64,000 nt of DNA from Felis catus (GCF_018350175.1 NC_058371.1:112778001-112842000), one strand, 5' to 3'. Shown: positions 11,940 through 25,604, counted from the stretch's first letter. Made by a program: numbers and translations. The notes: generated from the sequence alone by a model not told the origin.

Positions 11940-12565
11940 ACCTTCCTCCTTCCAAGTGTGTCATGACTGCATCTAATAGACAAAACATAATTTGCATCCA
12001 GACTGTAGATGCAAAGGAGAGTGGTCAACGTGGTTTTCAACTTCCCAACCTCCAGTTTACATAAAGGTATTCGAAAAGGAGAGTAGACTGTGACCGAGCA
12101 GGCCATTCTTCAGTATCTATCGTAGTCACTGTGTCACAGTCCTAATATATTGTATTTATACAATCTGAGACGATACAGTGCCAGAAAAATGTGATGGAAG
12201 TTACTCCCTTCGGGGAATAAATTATTTTAAGTAAATCTATTCTACTGAAAGCAGAGGAAATGCAAGTAGTGTTACCTGGCAACTTTGAATATCAATGAAA
12301 TGATTAAGCACCTAGTTTCCATTTATTCATGAGCCACGGCTACACAATGCCAGATTTCCAACTGTCTGATACTACAAGGAAGGAAATAAAAAGATCTGAC
12401 ATGTGTAGGGCTCATTCGATCTTGAAGGAAAGTGTTTCAAAACCTGTACCTCCCCTAAGTTTACTCATTCTTTCCCGTGGGAGTGGGAGGTATGAATCCA
12501 TGAAGAAATGCACTCTGGATCACATCACGTAAAATCTGGAAACTCTAAAATACTAAGTAAAGTGC

Positions 12566-13045
12566 TGCTATAGACTGAATTATGGCCACCCAAGGATATC
12601 AGGTCCTGATCCCTAGAACCTATAAATATTATCTTATATGACAGAAGAGTCTTTGTGGAGGTGATTACATGAAGGGTATAGAGGTGGAGAGATGATCCTG
12701 GTTTATCCAAGTGGGCCCAAAATGTAATCACATTAATCATTACAAGAGGGAGACACAGGGAGACTTAACATAGATTCACAGACAAGGTGTGATATGAAGA
12801 CAGAGCAGATAGATTTGAAGATAATGGTTTTGAAGATTGGAGTGATGCTACCATAAGCCAAGAAATGCCTGCAGCCATCAAAAGCTGGAGAAACCAAGGA
12901 ACAAACCCTTTTCCTGGATCCTGGCCCTGCTGACACCTTGCTTGTGACCCAGTGGTACATGGGCCTCTACACCCATGAGAGAATAAATTTCTGTGTTAAG
13001 CTACCAAGTTTATGGTAATTTGTTTCAGCAGTCATAAGACAAGTA
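12566..13045 (+). mobile_element. MLT1 (C/D-like) solo LTR
   Basis: TGCTATAGACTGAATTATGGCC...CCAAGGATATCAGGTCCTGATCCCTAGAACC...AAGTTTATGGTAATTTGT. Confidence 0.85.
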
Positions 13046-13329
13046 TTTTACTAGGACTGAAATACCAGCGCCTACTAGCTCAGTTGCTTACGATAATCTT
13101 TCTCCATTGCTATGTTGCCACAAAGCACCAGAGTTTTCCAGTTATACAAATAAGAACAGTGTGGGTCAGAGAGACAATTCAACGATTAAGCTCACACAAG
13201 GTAGACAGTGATATAGCAAGGTTTTCAATTTGGGTTCTTCTGGTACCAAAGGCTGTGCACTCGACTACACTGATCCCTAAAAACTGGGACAAAGGCTCCT
13301 TGTTTCAGCCACTGGAATTATTTTCCACT

Positions 13330-13980
13330 CCACTCCTGACAGAAACACTGGTTTCTTCCTCCATGTCTCCCTCTTCTTCATGCCCACACCTGTTCAGCAA
13401 TGAAATTCTTTCTATCCAACCTCAGGTACAGTTCTGGAATCCACCTCCTCCCCCTATGCCATTGCCACTCCATTAGTTCATGTCTTTATCTTTCTTCCAA
13501 ATCATGGCAATAGTTTCTCAATTCTGTGTACTTACTCAATGGTTCCCTGTTACCTAAGGTATAAAGTCCAAGACCTTCACATGGCACAAACAACCTCCAT
13601 GATCTGATTCCAACTACCTCACCAGCTTTATTTCTCCCCCACACCCAGTGTTCTAGTTACATGCTAACATTTTTATCTCTCTCCCATACACAAAGCTTTC
13701 AGAAATGCATGATTTTTCTGTTATTCCTTCTGCGTGAAATGAACTTCCTCTTTTCTACTATCCATCACTCTTACTCATTTTTTGCAATTCAGTGCAAATG
13801 CCACCTGTCTCAAAAAGCCTTTCCTCATTCTTCCAGGCAACCCTAGATGCTTTCTCGAGTAACATGTACCACAGGGCATATACCAACTGGATCACAAATT
13901 CCTCAAGAGTAGTATAAAAATATTATGGACTTTATATTCTTGCTCAATGATCTCCAAACTAGGGTATACAATACCTGGTG
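13330..13980. mobile_element. L2 fragment
   Basis: ATAAAGTCCAAGACCTTCACATGGC...CAAATGCCACCTGTCTCAAAAAGCCTTTCC. Confidence 0.65.
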
Positions 13981-14379
13981 TGCATGAAGAAAATATTAAA
14001 GCTTCAATTTAAAATTTTTTATATTTTTCTTCATTGCTTTTCATTTTGATTTATCCAATGTTTTATAAAATATACATAACATGGTCCAGTAGCACATGTA
14101 TAGAACTTTAAAAAAGAAAGAGATATGGGAGGGATAATGACTAATGTCTTTTAACTGATAGAAAAGCTCAATAAAATGTTTGCCAACCACTGGTCTTGCC
14201 TGTTTGAGGGGATTTAATAGTAAATCACCCAGATCCAGCAGATGAATTTCTTTATTTCCTAAAAACCAGCCTCTAGAACAGTTCTCCACACTTGGCAGAT
14301 ACTCTGTAATTGTTAAATGAGAATACATTCTTAGCATGCATGTCATCGTGGAAGAAATAAAATGCAGTCTTTTCATCTT

Positions 14380-14574
14380 AATGGTCTTGAGTTAGAATCC
14401 TGAACTTCACACTTTATAACTTCGTGTCTTTGAGTAAGTCACTCATCCTTTTGAACATCAATATTCTCATCTGTAAAATAAAGATAATACAGCAAGCCAC
14501 TTACAAGAATTAAAAGGTATAACTAATGTAAGCTGCTTAGCATAATGCCACTACACATTATGAACTCAGTACTT
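14380..14574 (+). mobile_element. MIR
   Basis: GAGTTAGAATCCTG...GTAAGTCACT...CTCATCTGTAAAAT core. Confidence 0.75.
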
Positions 14575-14575
14575 A

Positions 14576-14684
14576 GGGCGCCTGGGTGGCTCAGCCTGTT
14601 AAGCGTCTGACTCAGTGTCGGCTCAGGTCATGATCTCATGGTTTCATGAGTTCGAGCCCCAAACTAGGCTCTGCATTGGGATTT

Positions 14685-14715
<31 letters not shown>

Positions 14716-14813
14716 GTCTCTCTCTGTCTCTCTCTCTCTCTCTCGGCTCCTCCTCCACTCATGCTGTCTCCATCTCTCTCAAAATAAATAAATAAACAAC
14801 AACAACAAAAAAT
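14576..14813 (+). mobile_element. CAN-SINE (first of a tandem pair)
   Basis: Head, (CT)n and AAAT/AAC tail. Confidence 0.95.
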
Positions 14814-14819
14814 ACCTCA

Positions 14820-14946
14820 GGGGTGCGTGGATGGCTCAGTCAGTTAAGCATCAGACTCTTGGTTTCAGCTCAGGGCATGATGTAGTGTTTTTGTAAGTTT
14901 GAGCCCCAAGTTGGGCTCTGCACTGGCAGCATGGAGCCCGCTTGTG

Positions 14947-14986
<40 letters not shown>

Positions 14987-15066
14987 CCCTCCTCCCCCAC
15001 TCATGCTGTCTCTCAAATAATTAAAGTTAAAAATTTGTTAAATATTTTTTTAATTAAAAAAAAAAA
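14820..15066 (+). mobile_element. CAN-SINE (second of a tandem pair)
   Basis: Followed by TSD GAACTTAGTACTT. Confidence 0.95.
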
Positions 15067-16135
15067 GAACTTAGTACTTGAAGCGAGGTCTGCAGCTCTG
15101 TGTGCGACTTAGCCCAAACCAGAAGCCCCTTTACCTCGTAAGTCCACCCTTGCTTCTATCAAAATTACTTTACCTTATAGTCACCCAAGGAAAGGCTTAT
15201 TTGCCTAGACGTGAATGAATTACATGGAAGAAATGCAGATAATTTTAAAGCCAGGGGAGAATCTTATAAAGCCAGGGTCATTCATGACTCCTTCCTTTGC
15301 CACACTGCAAAAGAGGTTTGCTGATTGAAGTTACTTTTTCAGGGTTTAGACGGTTGTTCTCTCTGAGCTCACCTGGGTGGAAGAGTGTTATTGCTCCTAA
15401 ATGACTTGCAGGTGGGAAGGGGATATGCCTCTTCTGTTAGTCATGTAAGGGAAGTCTCCATGAGCAGCAGATGATCATCTTCTGTGACCTGTGAAAACAC
15501 AGCGAGGTCCAAAGGAACTTTACAATCTCAGAGAGAAGCATGGAGAGAGAAATTAGTTAGGCTGCTAAATCCTGAGAACAGAGCAACGGGGAGGGGGGAG
15601 GGGAGCTGTTTAATAAAGTGTTAACCTATGAGGTCCCTGTAGGGTTGACTTTTCCAGACCCTCCCCAGATGGACTGGAAGTTGTATGGCAGGATTCTGGG
15701 GCTGCTCTTGCACATGGTTTCCTAAAGGGATTATGAGACATTCCAGCGCAGGTACTAGGTGTTCAGCCACTGAGTCCCAGTAGGGCTGGAAAGGAAAGGC
15801 AGAGAATAGAGCAGGTCAGCCACACCAAATGGATTCAAGGCTCCAATTCACCCTTCAGCTCTTACTTTAGTAGCTTCTCCTCTGGCAAGTCCTTCTTGAT
15901 CCTCCAGTACAGGGAAGCTTGAGTTCTGAACATTCGTCATCTCCGTGGAGGTATCATTTGGGGTCTGCTTCCTAAATGTGCCTTTCCCAAAGCCCATTCT
16001 CCAACACCACACTGGGCATGGAAAAGGCTGGTCAGCCTATTCACAACTGTGGTTTAGTTAATGACACTATTCCATTTAGAAACTTGGGGATCACTGGTGA
16101 TTCCTGGTTCTCTTTCCTTCCAGAGTCACATCTTA

Positions 16136-16359
16136 TTTTTTTTTTTAATTTTTTTTAACGTTTATTTATTTTTGAGACAGAGAGAGACAGAGCATGAATG
16201 GGGGAGGGGCAGAGAGAGAGGGAGACACAGAATCGGAAACAGGCTCCAGGCTCTGAGCCATCAGCCCAGAGCCCGACGCGGGGCTCGAACTCACTGACCG
16301 CGAGATCGTGACCTGAGCTGAAGTCGGACACTTAACCGACTGAGCCACCCAGGCGCCCC
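16136..16359 (-). mobile_element. CAN-SINE, young felid subfamily
   Basis: CpG-rich; perfect TSD CAGAGTCACATCTTA. Confidence 0.95.
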
Positions 16360-16589
16360 CAGAGTCACATCTTAAACATTTGACTTCAGATTTTTCCGCC
16401 CAAGTCTATGCTCTCTTCTCCACATTGTCATAGCCTTACTTAGTCTTCAACATTTTTCTCCCCAACTATAAATTCTTTTCCTAGTCCCCACTCCAGTCTC
16501 TAATTTGCTCTCACAGGGCTTTTTCAGAAATGCTGGTCCTATTACCCACCTCTCAAGCTGCTTGAGTGACTTCCCACCCCTACACAACT

Positions 16590-17060
16590 ATTGCAAACTG
16601 GTGGCCCCTTGGGTCAAATCTGGACTACAGACAGGTTTTGTTTTGCCTCAACGATGATTTGTTTGAAAAGAAAATTAATTTCTCTCCAATGTTTAAAAAT
16701 CTTAACATGTCGCACACCTATATACATAAACATATTTAATTTTTCTTAAGAAATTAAAGATCCAAGGGTGCCTGGGTGGCTCAGTTGGTTGAACCTTCGA
16801 CTTTGGCTCAGGTCATGATCTCGCAGTCTGTGATTTCAAGCCCTGCATCAGGCTCTGTGCTGACAGCTCAGAGCCTGGAGCCTGCTTCGAGTTCTCTTTG
16901 TCCCTCTCTCTGCCCCCTCCCTCGTTTATGCTCTCTTTCTCTCAAAAATAAATAAACATAAGAAAATATTTTTAATTAAAAAAAAGAAAAGAAAAAAAGA
17001 AATTAAAGATCTGGCAACGCTGGGCCTCTATTCAAACAGGGCCACAGTAGATCACAGCTG
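16590..17060. mobile_element. hAT-Charlie MER (MER58-like) interrupted by a SINE
   Basis: GCAAACTGGTGGCCCC...CAAATCTGG start; AAAGATCTGGCAAC near the end. Confidence 0.5.
16766..16999 (+). mobile_element. CAN-SINE (SINEC)
   Basis: TSD AAGAAATTAAAGATC. Confidence 0.95.
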
Positions 17061-18623
17061 CTGCCTTCTTTAGATGGGACCTAGTTCTCAAGTTCAACAC
17101 AATCCCCACCATGCCTTATTGTTTATCCACACTGGGGGCCAAGTGTTAGATGCCCTTTGTCCATACTTTTGTGGTGTTCTTTCCTCAGAGTTAAGAGAAA
17201 AGTGCAATATTCTTATACCCATGTTCATGTTAAAATTGGGAAAGCAAAGGAGACTTGACATGGCAATGAATTCAGAAAAAAAAAATGAGAAAACATAAGT
17301 TTCTGTCAGAAGTGAAGACATACATACAATGTGTATGTACCATTTTCTAATAACTTGTTTACTTCATTCATTTGTCACCTAATCCTGGTCCTTCTGGGGC
17401 ATTTGTGTTTTTGACTCTGTCTTAAAGGACGGAACCTTAATCTCTTAACATGACACGCAGAGCCTCTCACCTTACCAGCTCTTGTTGTCTTGTCCCATCT
17501 CTACCCCATGACTGATATTCTTAATTCATTCTTCCCAGACAATTGCTATGCGTGGAAGTAAGAAGAGCAACCACTACTGAGTCTTTTCTATCTCCTAAAA
17601 AGAGACAGGTGTAAAGACGGGTCTGTTTCCCGAGGCTATTTGTTCCCCAATCACTAAAGTCTTTCACAAGCAAGACACCAAATCTAGCAAATCTAAATTG
17701 AGGCTTTCGAATACACTTAGAATTTTGTGCACTTAGAATTTTGTGCCCGGTACTGTTGTAAGCTATTTATACAATACCCCTAAGAGATAGGTTCTGTCAT
17801 CCCATATTATAGCTGAAGACATGAAATCTTAGAGGAGTTTAGGAATTCCAGAGATAACATGGTTACTGAGAGGCTCAGGCAAGAATTGAATTCAGGTCTA
17901 TCTTATACCAATGATCTTGACCTCAGTTCTTCCTCAAAAGTGTTCCTTGGTCTATAATGCACTTCTCTGTTACCATCTACATAAGATTTTTACTAATTCT
18001 TAGTGACTCAGCTTAAATATCCTCTGCTACATAAATTCATTTCTTCAGATACATCATTCATTCCAAAAAATACGTATTGATTGAGTTCCTATCTGACATA
18101 ATATGTGTAAAGAGTTTATGTGCCTGGCACATAGTAAGTGAAAAAACAGTCTATTTTAGCCCCTACCACACAGTTACACTACATTGTGATTATTTGTAAT
18201 AATTTTACCTCTGATAGCACTCATAATCTGGAAGGAAAGAGGTGTGACCAAAGAATGCCGGACCCATTCATAGGTAGGACAATAAATGTTATTTTGAAAA
18301 CTGTAAGAAAATGAACAAACCAGAAACCCCTTTCAGCAGAGTATCAGGGGGTTTCAGCTAGATTTGAACACTAAAGTCTGAATGAATATTGAAATTCTTT
18401 GAATGGAGTAATGCTCCAGAAAAGAACTTAGAGTGATTATTGAAAATACCTACCCACTCGAATAGAGAAAGAAAAGAACAATGAAGTAAGGACCCAACTG
18501 AGGACAAAATAAATAAGCTGTTGGTGGGAGCTGCATGGAGGAATTATGTTCCAGAAAATGCCAAAGGCAAACATTTTGAAATCACAGCGAGCTTACTTTT
18601 GAACTTTTGCAAATTGAGAATTT

Positions 18624-18836
18624 AATTTTTTTTTAACATTTATATATTTTTGAGAGACAGAGAGAAAGAGTGTGAGCAGGGAGGGGCAGAGAGAGAAGGA
18701 GACACAGAATCCGAAGCAGGCTCCAGGCTCTGAGCTGTCAGCACAGATCCTGGTGCAGGGCCCGGACCCACGAACCGTGAGATCATGTCCTGAGCCAAAC
18801 TCTGACACTCAACCGACTGAGCCACCCAGGTGCTCC
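18624..18836 (-). mobile_element. CAN-SINE (SINEC)
   Basis: TSD AATTGAGRATTTA. Confidence 0.95.
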
Positions 18837-19019
18837 GTGAATTGAGGATTTAAACAAACAAACAAAAATCTTATTGCATGAGAATGTTGTAAGAATGAAA
18901 CTAAATAAGGTAATCCATGTAAAAAGTTGTGTTCTCTGCCTGTCATTTGGAAAGTCCATTCAAAATATGAATTCCTTGCTCCTTACCACCCCTTTCTGAA
19001 TGCTGGTACCCAGCTCGTC

Positions 19020-19480
19020 TATTTTTTTCTTTTTGCAATAGCTTTGTTGAGATATAATTCACATACCAGCCAACTCACCCATTTAAAGTATACGTTTCAG
19101 TTGTTTTTAGTATATTCACAAAGTTGTATAGCCATCATTACAGTCAATAGAACATGTCTGTCACCTCCAAAACAAACAATATCTTTTAGTTATCACCCTG
19201 ACACCTATGCTTCCCAGCACTAGGCAATTACCAATCTAATTTCTGTCTCTATAGATCTGCCTGTTCTGGACAACTTATATAGATAAAATCACATAATGCA
19301 AGATCTTTTGGGATAGCTTCTTACACTTAGCACACTGTTTTCAAGTTTCATCTATGATGTACCATGGATTGGTACTTCATTACTTTTTCTGACCAAATGA
19401 TATTTCTCTGTATGGACGTACCATATTTTGCTTATCCATTCACCAGCTGATAGACATCTGGGTTGTTGCAACCTTTGGGT
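19020..19480 (-). mobile_element. L1MA/MB-type 3' end
   Basis: GCTTTGTTGAGATATAATTCACATACCA...CCATTTAAAGTATAC, typical of a reversed L1 3' end. Confidence 0.8.
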
Positions 19481-19499
19481 TCTTATTTTTTTTGTTTGT

Positions 19500-19716
19500 T
19501 TCTTAATTTTTTTTAACACTTACTCGTTTTTTGAGAGACAGAGCGTGCATGGGGGAGGGGCAGAGAGAGAGGGAAACACAGAATCCGAAGCAAGCTCCAG
19601 GCTCCCAGCTGTCAGCCCAGAGCCTGACACATGGGCTCAAACCCACTAACTGTGAGATCATGACCAGAGCCAAAGGCAGATGCTCAAGCCCACCCGACTG
19701 AGCCACCCAGGCGTCC
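19500..19716 (-). mobile_element. CAN-SINE (SINEC)
   Basis: Reverse-complement consensus. Confidence 0.95.
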
Positions 19717-19744
19717 CATGGCTTATTTTAAAAATCCATCCTTT

Positions 19745-19978
19745 GGCACCTGGGTGGCTCAGTTGCTTGAGTGTCCGACTTTGACTCAGGTCATGATCTC
19801 ACAGTTCGTGAGTTCGAGCCCCGCAACAGGCTCTGTGCTGACAGCTCAGAGCCTGGAGCCTGCTTCGGATTCTGTGTCTCCCTCTCTCTCTGCCCCTCTC
19901 CAACTCGCGCTGTGACTCTCTCTGCCTCTCAAAAATAAAGAAAAGTAATAAAATTGTTTTTAAAAAATAAATAAAATA
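19745..19978 (+). mobile_element. CAN-SINE (SINEC)
   Basis: TSD AAAATCCATYCTT. Confidence 0.95.
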
Positions 19979-20409
19979 AATCAATAAAAATCCATTCTTT
20001 ACCACGTGTTCCTGACTCTGTAACTGTTCAGAAAACTTATCTTGCCTCTTGGTGAACAAATTCCTCGGAAACTCCTCATTATATTAAGAATGAGGTCCAA
20101 ATCCTTAAAGTCAAAATGACACACAGGATCTTTTAAGATTTGACTTCTGACCAGCTTTCTAGTTTACCTCACACTACGCTGCCTCCTGCATCCAAGACTT
20201 CGGGTAAAGTGAAATTTCCAGCCATGGGCAAAAACTTTAGTCAGACTTGCAACTGCATGCTGCTTCTGCCTCTCGCCATTTTGTATGACCCTTAGCTTCC
20301 TTAACAATAATATGAGATCTGAAAATCTATATTGCAGTTGTTGGTAAGGTTAAGTAAGATGCAGTATGTAAAGGGACTGGTACATTGTCTATGTTCAATA
20401 GATAGTTGT

Positions 20410-20465
20410 TTATTATTATTATTATTATTATTATCATTATGCTTATCATTACCGTCACTATCATT
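20410..20465. repeat. (ATT)n / (ATC)n microsatellite
   Basis: Visible trinucleotide run with a degenerate flank. Confidence 0.9.
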
Positions 20466-20599
20466 ATGTCTCCAGATCTTTGCGAGTGCTTTCTTTTCCA
20501 GTTAGAAATTGAAATGGCTTTCCAGCTTTTCTGCAAAATGAATTCCTTCAAGTCTCAGTTCAAATGTCCCTTGTTCTACATCAGAGAGTGCATTGTATT

Positions 20600-20810
20600 T
20601 TTCTTTACTTAGCAAACGTGTATATAACGCTTATTATGTTCTTGGTCCCTAAACACTTCCACAGATATTAACTCACTTAATCCTCATGACAATCCTATAA
20701 GATAGGCACCATTATTCCTTTTTTAGCCAAGAACATTGCAGCACACAGAGGTAAACAATTTGCCCAGATCATCCAGTTCGTAAGTGGTGAATGCAAACAG
20801 TCTGTTAGCA
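20600..20810 (-). mobile_element. MIR
   Basis: TTAACTCACTTAATCCTCATGACAATCCTATAAGATAGG...GTAAACAATTTGCCCA. Confidence 0.75.
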
Positions 20811-21389
20811 GGGAGACCTTGTGAGAGGTACCTTCCACCACTCTTTTTGTTTTTGTTTTTGTTTTTGTTTTTTACATTTTCTTTAGTAATATTGTATTGC
20901 TTTACAATAAAACTGTGAGGTTTTTGTTTTTCATTTTTTAAAGAATATGATGTTTGTGAAGCTCATGAATCTAACTACACTGAATGGCCGCCAACGTCAT
21001 GCAAGTTTACAGAGCGGCAGTTGCTCTCCTGGATCATGGCTGAAGCTCTGTTTACTGTTTTCTTGGTGGAGGCTTTGCTGAGTTGCCTGCACCCGTGATC
21101 TCCAGTATGGCATCTCCAGTGTTTCTAGATGAACAGGCCCTGAGAACAAATGCTTTTGCAAAAGCCACTTGACCTCTCCAGGCATTAATATTTCCTCATT
21201 CACAGAATGGGGGTGGCTGGCTTGCACATGTCTCACAGTTCTCCCTGGGATTGAGATAAAGGTCATAGTATCAACATTTTACCTGCTATTGTCCCTGTTG
21301 GTATGTTAACCATATAACATATTGTCCATAGAAGCCTCTTGCTGTATTTCATCCTCATTTTCAGAGAAGGACACAGAGGTAAAAAGAGA

Positions 21390-21600
21390 TAGCATTGTGT
21401 GTTGGTTAAGACCATTGTTTCTTAACACAGACTATTGTGTTCCTCATCCCAATTTCTCCCCTAACTACAGAAGCATGAGATGATGTCTTATCTCTTGCTG
21501 CTCCCTATATGTAAATTGGGAATATGCTAACGGAATCTAGGCCACAGGGCTCTTGTGAGGATTAAAAAAGACCATGCATGCAGGGCACCAAATTCAAGTC
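21390..21600 (+). mobile_element. MIR
   Basis: GTGTTGGTTAAGA...ATATGTAAATTGGG...TTGTGAGGATTAAA. Confidence 0.65.
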
Positions 21601-21823
21601 TGGGAAATAGTAACCTACTGTTTTTGTGGACATGACTATCTTCTTCTTTGTGAAGAAGCACTATCAGAAAGTGGTGCCACCAGGATAAAGCCTGAAGCTA
21701 AAGATCATGCTCTTTCCATAACACCACATCCCTCCCCATCAAGGGATTTCCGTCCTAGCCATCCTGCTTGTCTTTCAAATGTCAACTCATCTTACCTCTT
21801 CCGGAGGTTCAACCGCTGGGCAA

Positions 21824-21923
21824 TGTCAGCACAGAACTGGACACAGGGCTTGAACCCATGAACCGTGAGATCATGACTTGGGTCAAAATCAAGAGTTGGA
21901 TGCTTTACCAACTGAGCCACCTA
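21824..21923 (-). mobile_element. CAN-SINE fragment lacking its tail half
   Basis: GTCAGCACAG...ACTGAGCCACC; abuts a gap. Confidence 0.85.
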
Positions 21924-22054
21924 NNNNNNNNNNNNNNNNNNNNNNNNNNNNNNNNNNNNNNNNNNNNNNNNNNNNNNNNNNNNNNNNNNNNNNNNNNNNN
22001 NNNNNNNNNNNNNNNNNNNNNNNNNNNNNNNNNNNNNNNNNNNNNNNNNNNNNN
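21924..22054. other. Assembly gap (N)
   Basis: Run of N. Confidence 1.
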
Positions 22055-22222
22055 GCATGAGCAGGGGAGGGGCAGAGAGAGAGGGAGACACAGAATCCAA
22101 AGTAAACTCCAAGCTCTGAGCTGTCAGCACAGAGCCAGACCCGAGGCTCGAACTCATGAACCGTGAGATCATGACCTGAACCGAAGCTGGACGCTTAACC
22201 GACTGAGCAACCCAGGTGCCCC
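22055..22222 (-). mobile_element. CAN-SINE (tail lost in gap)
   Basis: Reverse-complement consensus to CAGGTGCCCC. Confidence 0.9.
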
Positions 22223-25200
22223 CAGACTATATATTTTAAAATAGAAATAACAGTGCAGGGGAAATTTACATCATATAATTTAATTTGTCATTTCACAATA
22301 TGAAACATTTTCACAGGAGATTCTTCTGTCATTAGATGAATCTATATCCTTCATGTCTTTCAACATAGCAGATCTTTGAGGGAATGATCTAGGAAAAGGT
22401 GATAGTTCAACTAAGGAGAAGTCAGAGGGATGGAGACAGAGAGAGGCAAACCAAAGCTCTCCCTTGGGAAACGGGCCATTTCCCTTGTCAGTGGCTCAGG
22501 CTTAGGCAAGTTCCAGCTGCGACTTCCTTGATTCTGTTAGTCTCTCTCTCACTTTATCCACTATTGGTCGTGAGAGGATTTCTTGATCCACCTATGGATT
22601 TGTGACAATAACTTCATATTCAGGTACCCTGGAGAGAATCTTAGGAGCAGTTGAAGGTATCGCTCTTAACTGACTGGCAGTCCAGAATTTGATTATCAAT
22701 ATTTTAAAGAAGTTTATTTTGCATTTGGTAACATTTCTCTTTTCACTGTGTCTCACAGACGCGAATTCTTTCACCTTTACTTTTTCTCTGATCCCTACTA
22801 CACCTGATCCTTTCTCCATTCTGGAAATTCTCCTAAGGTGTAAGAAATCCTGAGTGATCCACCAAGAGACATATCAGAAGCCCTTTAGCCTGACTTGAAA
22901 GCTGTGGCATCACGATTTAACTCAGCTTGGAACTCTTCATAGACCATGAGTGAGTGGCTGTATATCTAACAGAAATGGCCACCATAATATACAGGTCAGC
23001 AGGGTTAGGTCATTTTGAACTTCTCTCTGAGGAGGAGTCCCAAAGATAGCTCAAGTTCATTGAATTGGGTTTACGGTGTGACCCTAAAGAAAGCTTTGAT
23101 TGTTTCCGCTTGAGCCATGTGTCTACATCTGGAACAATAACTAGGCCCAGGGACTGGAATCCTATGATCCCCTAGCCTCAAATGTTAGCTCTATCCCTGT
23201 AGTTAAGGAGAGGAGGGAGAGAGGGTAGCCTGCCCCAAGATTGACAGGGTCCATGTGAAATTAAGAAATTTCCCAAAGTTTTCCCAAAGAGCAGTGACAT
23301 GCAATTACCAGAAGGGGAGGGGCAAAAACAGGAAATGTCAATGTCAACATAGGAAAAAATAAGACAATAGGCTCTGTTTTTCTGAAATTTTTCCTGCTGA
23401 TACTACAAACTAAGTCCTTCATGTCACTGATTTTCTTACCTTCCCAAATCTTTCTTTGGCTTTGGAAAGTCTTTCTTTCAGTGTTGCTTACTTCCAAATC
23501 CCTTTTCAAGTCAATGTGGCATCTGTAACTCAGGTCTGACCCCCCATTTTCTTACCACCAATAATCCCATTTTTTTTTTTCTCTACCTCCTGATTGAAAA
23601 ATCAATTTTGAAAACTCAAAAGGATTAGAAAGTACATGCAAATTCATGACACCCCATAAGTCATTAGACTTTATAACCAGAATTCTATAGTCTTAATAAG
23701 AAAAAAATGAAAAAAATGGTTCACAGCTTCAAAAACCTAAAGTATAAGACTTCAAACAAAGAGTCAGATATACATAAATCAGCGTGATCTTGGAAAACCT
23801 ACATTTTGGGAATTATCTTACTCAGCTTGACAATTTGGAAATGCTGTTATTTTCTGGCCGGCCTTTTTATCTTGGTCATCTTATTTTCCAACCTAAATCC
23901 AATCTCTTTCAAAGATTTCTCTCAATGTGGTTGAGTAAGTACAAGAGTTTTCTATGTAGTCTGATTGAGAAAGACTCTAGGGTCGAAGTTGAATTGGTTG
24001 AGGAGAATCTCCTGCTGTGATTGCCTGCCACCCCCAGAGCACATGAACCATAGATGGTGAGGCGAGGAGTAGCAGAGAGGTCTTCAGGGTGGTCAGTTTG
24101 CAAAGTCATCCCCCCTTCCTCCTTCACCTGCTAAGAACCATAAAACATTAGAACTGGAGGGGACTTTACTGATCACATTGTCCAATATCCTCATTTCACA
24201 GAGGAAGAAACTGAGGGCCAGAAAGGTGAAGGGCTTTGCCAGGATTACCCGGGAAGTTAATGGCAAGGCTAGAAAAGACCTCAGGCCTTCTGACAACAGT
24301 CTCTCACTTTTTCCACCATGCCATACGTTTCCCCTTTCAAGGTGTCCTCTCTCAGACAAGCAGCTGAAATGACTCCTCCTGCCAGGTCTTGTCTGCCTTC
24401 ATTTGAGACTGGTAGGTCTCTCTCCCTCTCAACCTCCCTCCTACCCTTTCTTTCCCCCTTCTATCTTTTCTGACATGTTTCCATTTGTTTCCTACTCTGC
24501 TGTATATAAAATACAGCAAAAGGATGCATAAATACCTCAAGATCATAAAAACAAGTAAAAGAAAAAATAAGGGTAAAATTACAAGGAAAGAGGAATGAGA
24601 TTAAAAACATGTATTATATTAAGCTAAATGCTTGCTACTGGGGCAAGTCCCAGATTTGCCTCCAAGTGTTCTAACGGTGAAGATATGATACACAGGATTC
24701 TTTCTAATAGATCAATTACTCAAGATGACAAAATTATTCTTCATACTGAAACCAGATGCAAATATTCTTCAGAGGTTCCGCAGAAGAAAAACACTGAGGT
24801 ATTTTTACCCTCTGTAGATTAGCTGGCCTGAAACAGGCTACAAAGATAAGCCTTTAGGAGTTTAATGGGTACTCACTGTTATAAGCCTTAGCCCAAATCA
24901 CAAAGGCAGTGAAAGGCCGTCCTAAAACTTACATGAACATAACCTCCCTGCTTGTCCAAAGGCCCAGGCATTGTCTACTGCCCTGCTGCGATGCATCCAA
25001 CAGGTGAAGGTTGGATCATGGTGGGAAAGAGACCCACTGAGATCCTCGCCTTTCTTGAGGCCTCCTGTGTAGTTTGAACCAGAGAGATAGCAGGAAAGGG
25101 TCTGGGTATTTCTTGGGAATTCAAAGAAGTTTATTCATCATTAGATGCTTTCCATGCATCTTCTCTGTTTCTATTAACACATATAATGAGGAGTACGTGA

Positions 25201-25256
25201 AAATTCCTAACAGCAAGGTAATTAATACATATATTCAGATAGAGAGAGAGAAAGAT

Positions 25257-25442
25257 GGGGTGCCTGGGTGGCTCAGTTGGTTGAGGGTCCAACTCTTGAT
25301 TTCCGCTCAGGTTGTGATCTCACAGTTCGTGGGTTGGAGCACCGTGTTGAGCTCTGTGCTGATGACATGAAGCTTGCTTGAGATTCTCTCTCTCCCTCTC
25401 TCCCTGCCTCTCTCTCTCTCTCTCTCAAAATAAATAAACTTT

Positions 25443-25478
<36 letters not shown>
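25257..25478 (+). mobile_element. CAN-SINE with a (GA)n tail
   Basis: Older subfamily; tail converted to a GA microsatellite. Confidence 0.9.
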
Positions 25479-25479
<1 letters not shown>

Positions 25480-25604
25480 ATAATAATAATGTAAAAGTTA
25501 AAGGTTTCCCTTCACATGCAGGTTGCCCAATTTTCCTCCAGGGGCGCTATGGCCTTAATAGCAATAATGAGAAATCTGCTTTCATTATCAAATAGTGTTC
25601 TTTA

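Noticed and set aside
17714-17745. 16-bp exact tandem duplication CACTTAGAATTTTGTG x2 (similar short duplications at ~27306-27340 and ~62808-62828)
   Set aside because: Ordinary slippage duplications with no sign of function.
22840-24130. Protein-looking fragments on the - strand (e.g. TQFNELELSLGLLLREKF, LLLLASPSMVHVLWG)
   Set aside because: Multiple stops in every frame and no recognisable protein; cannot be supported as a pseudogene without a search.
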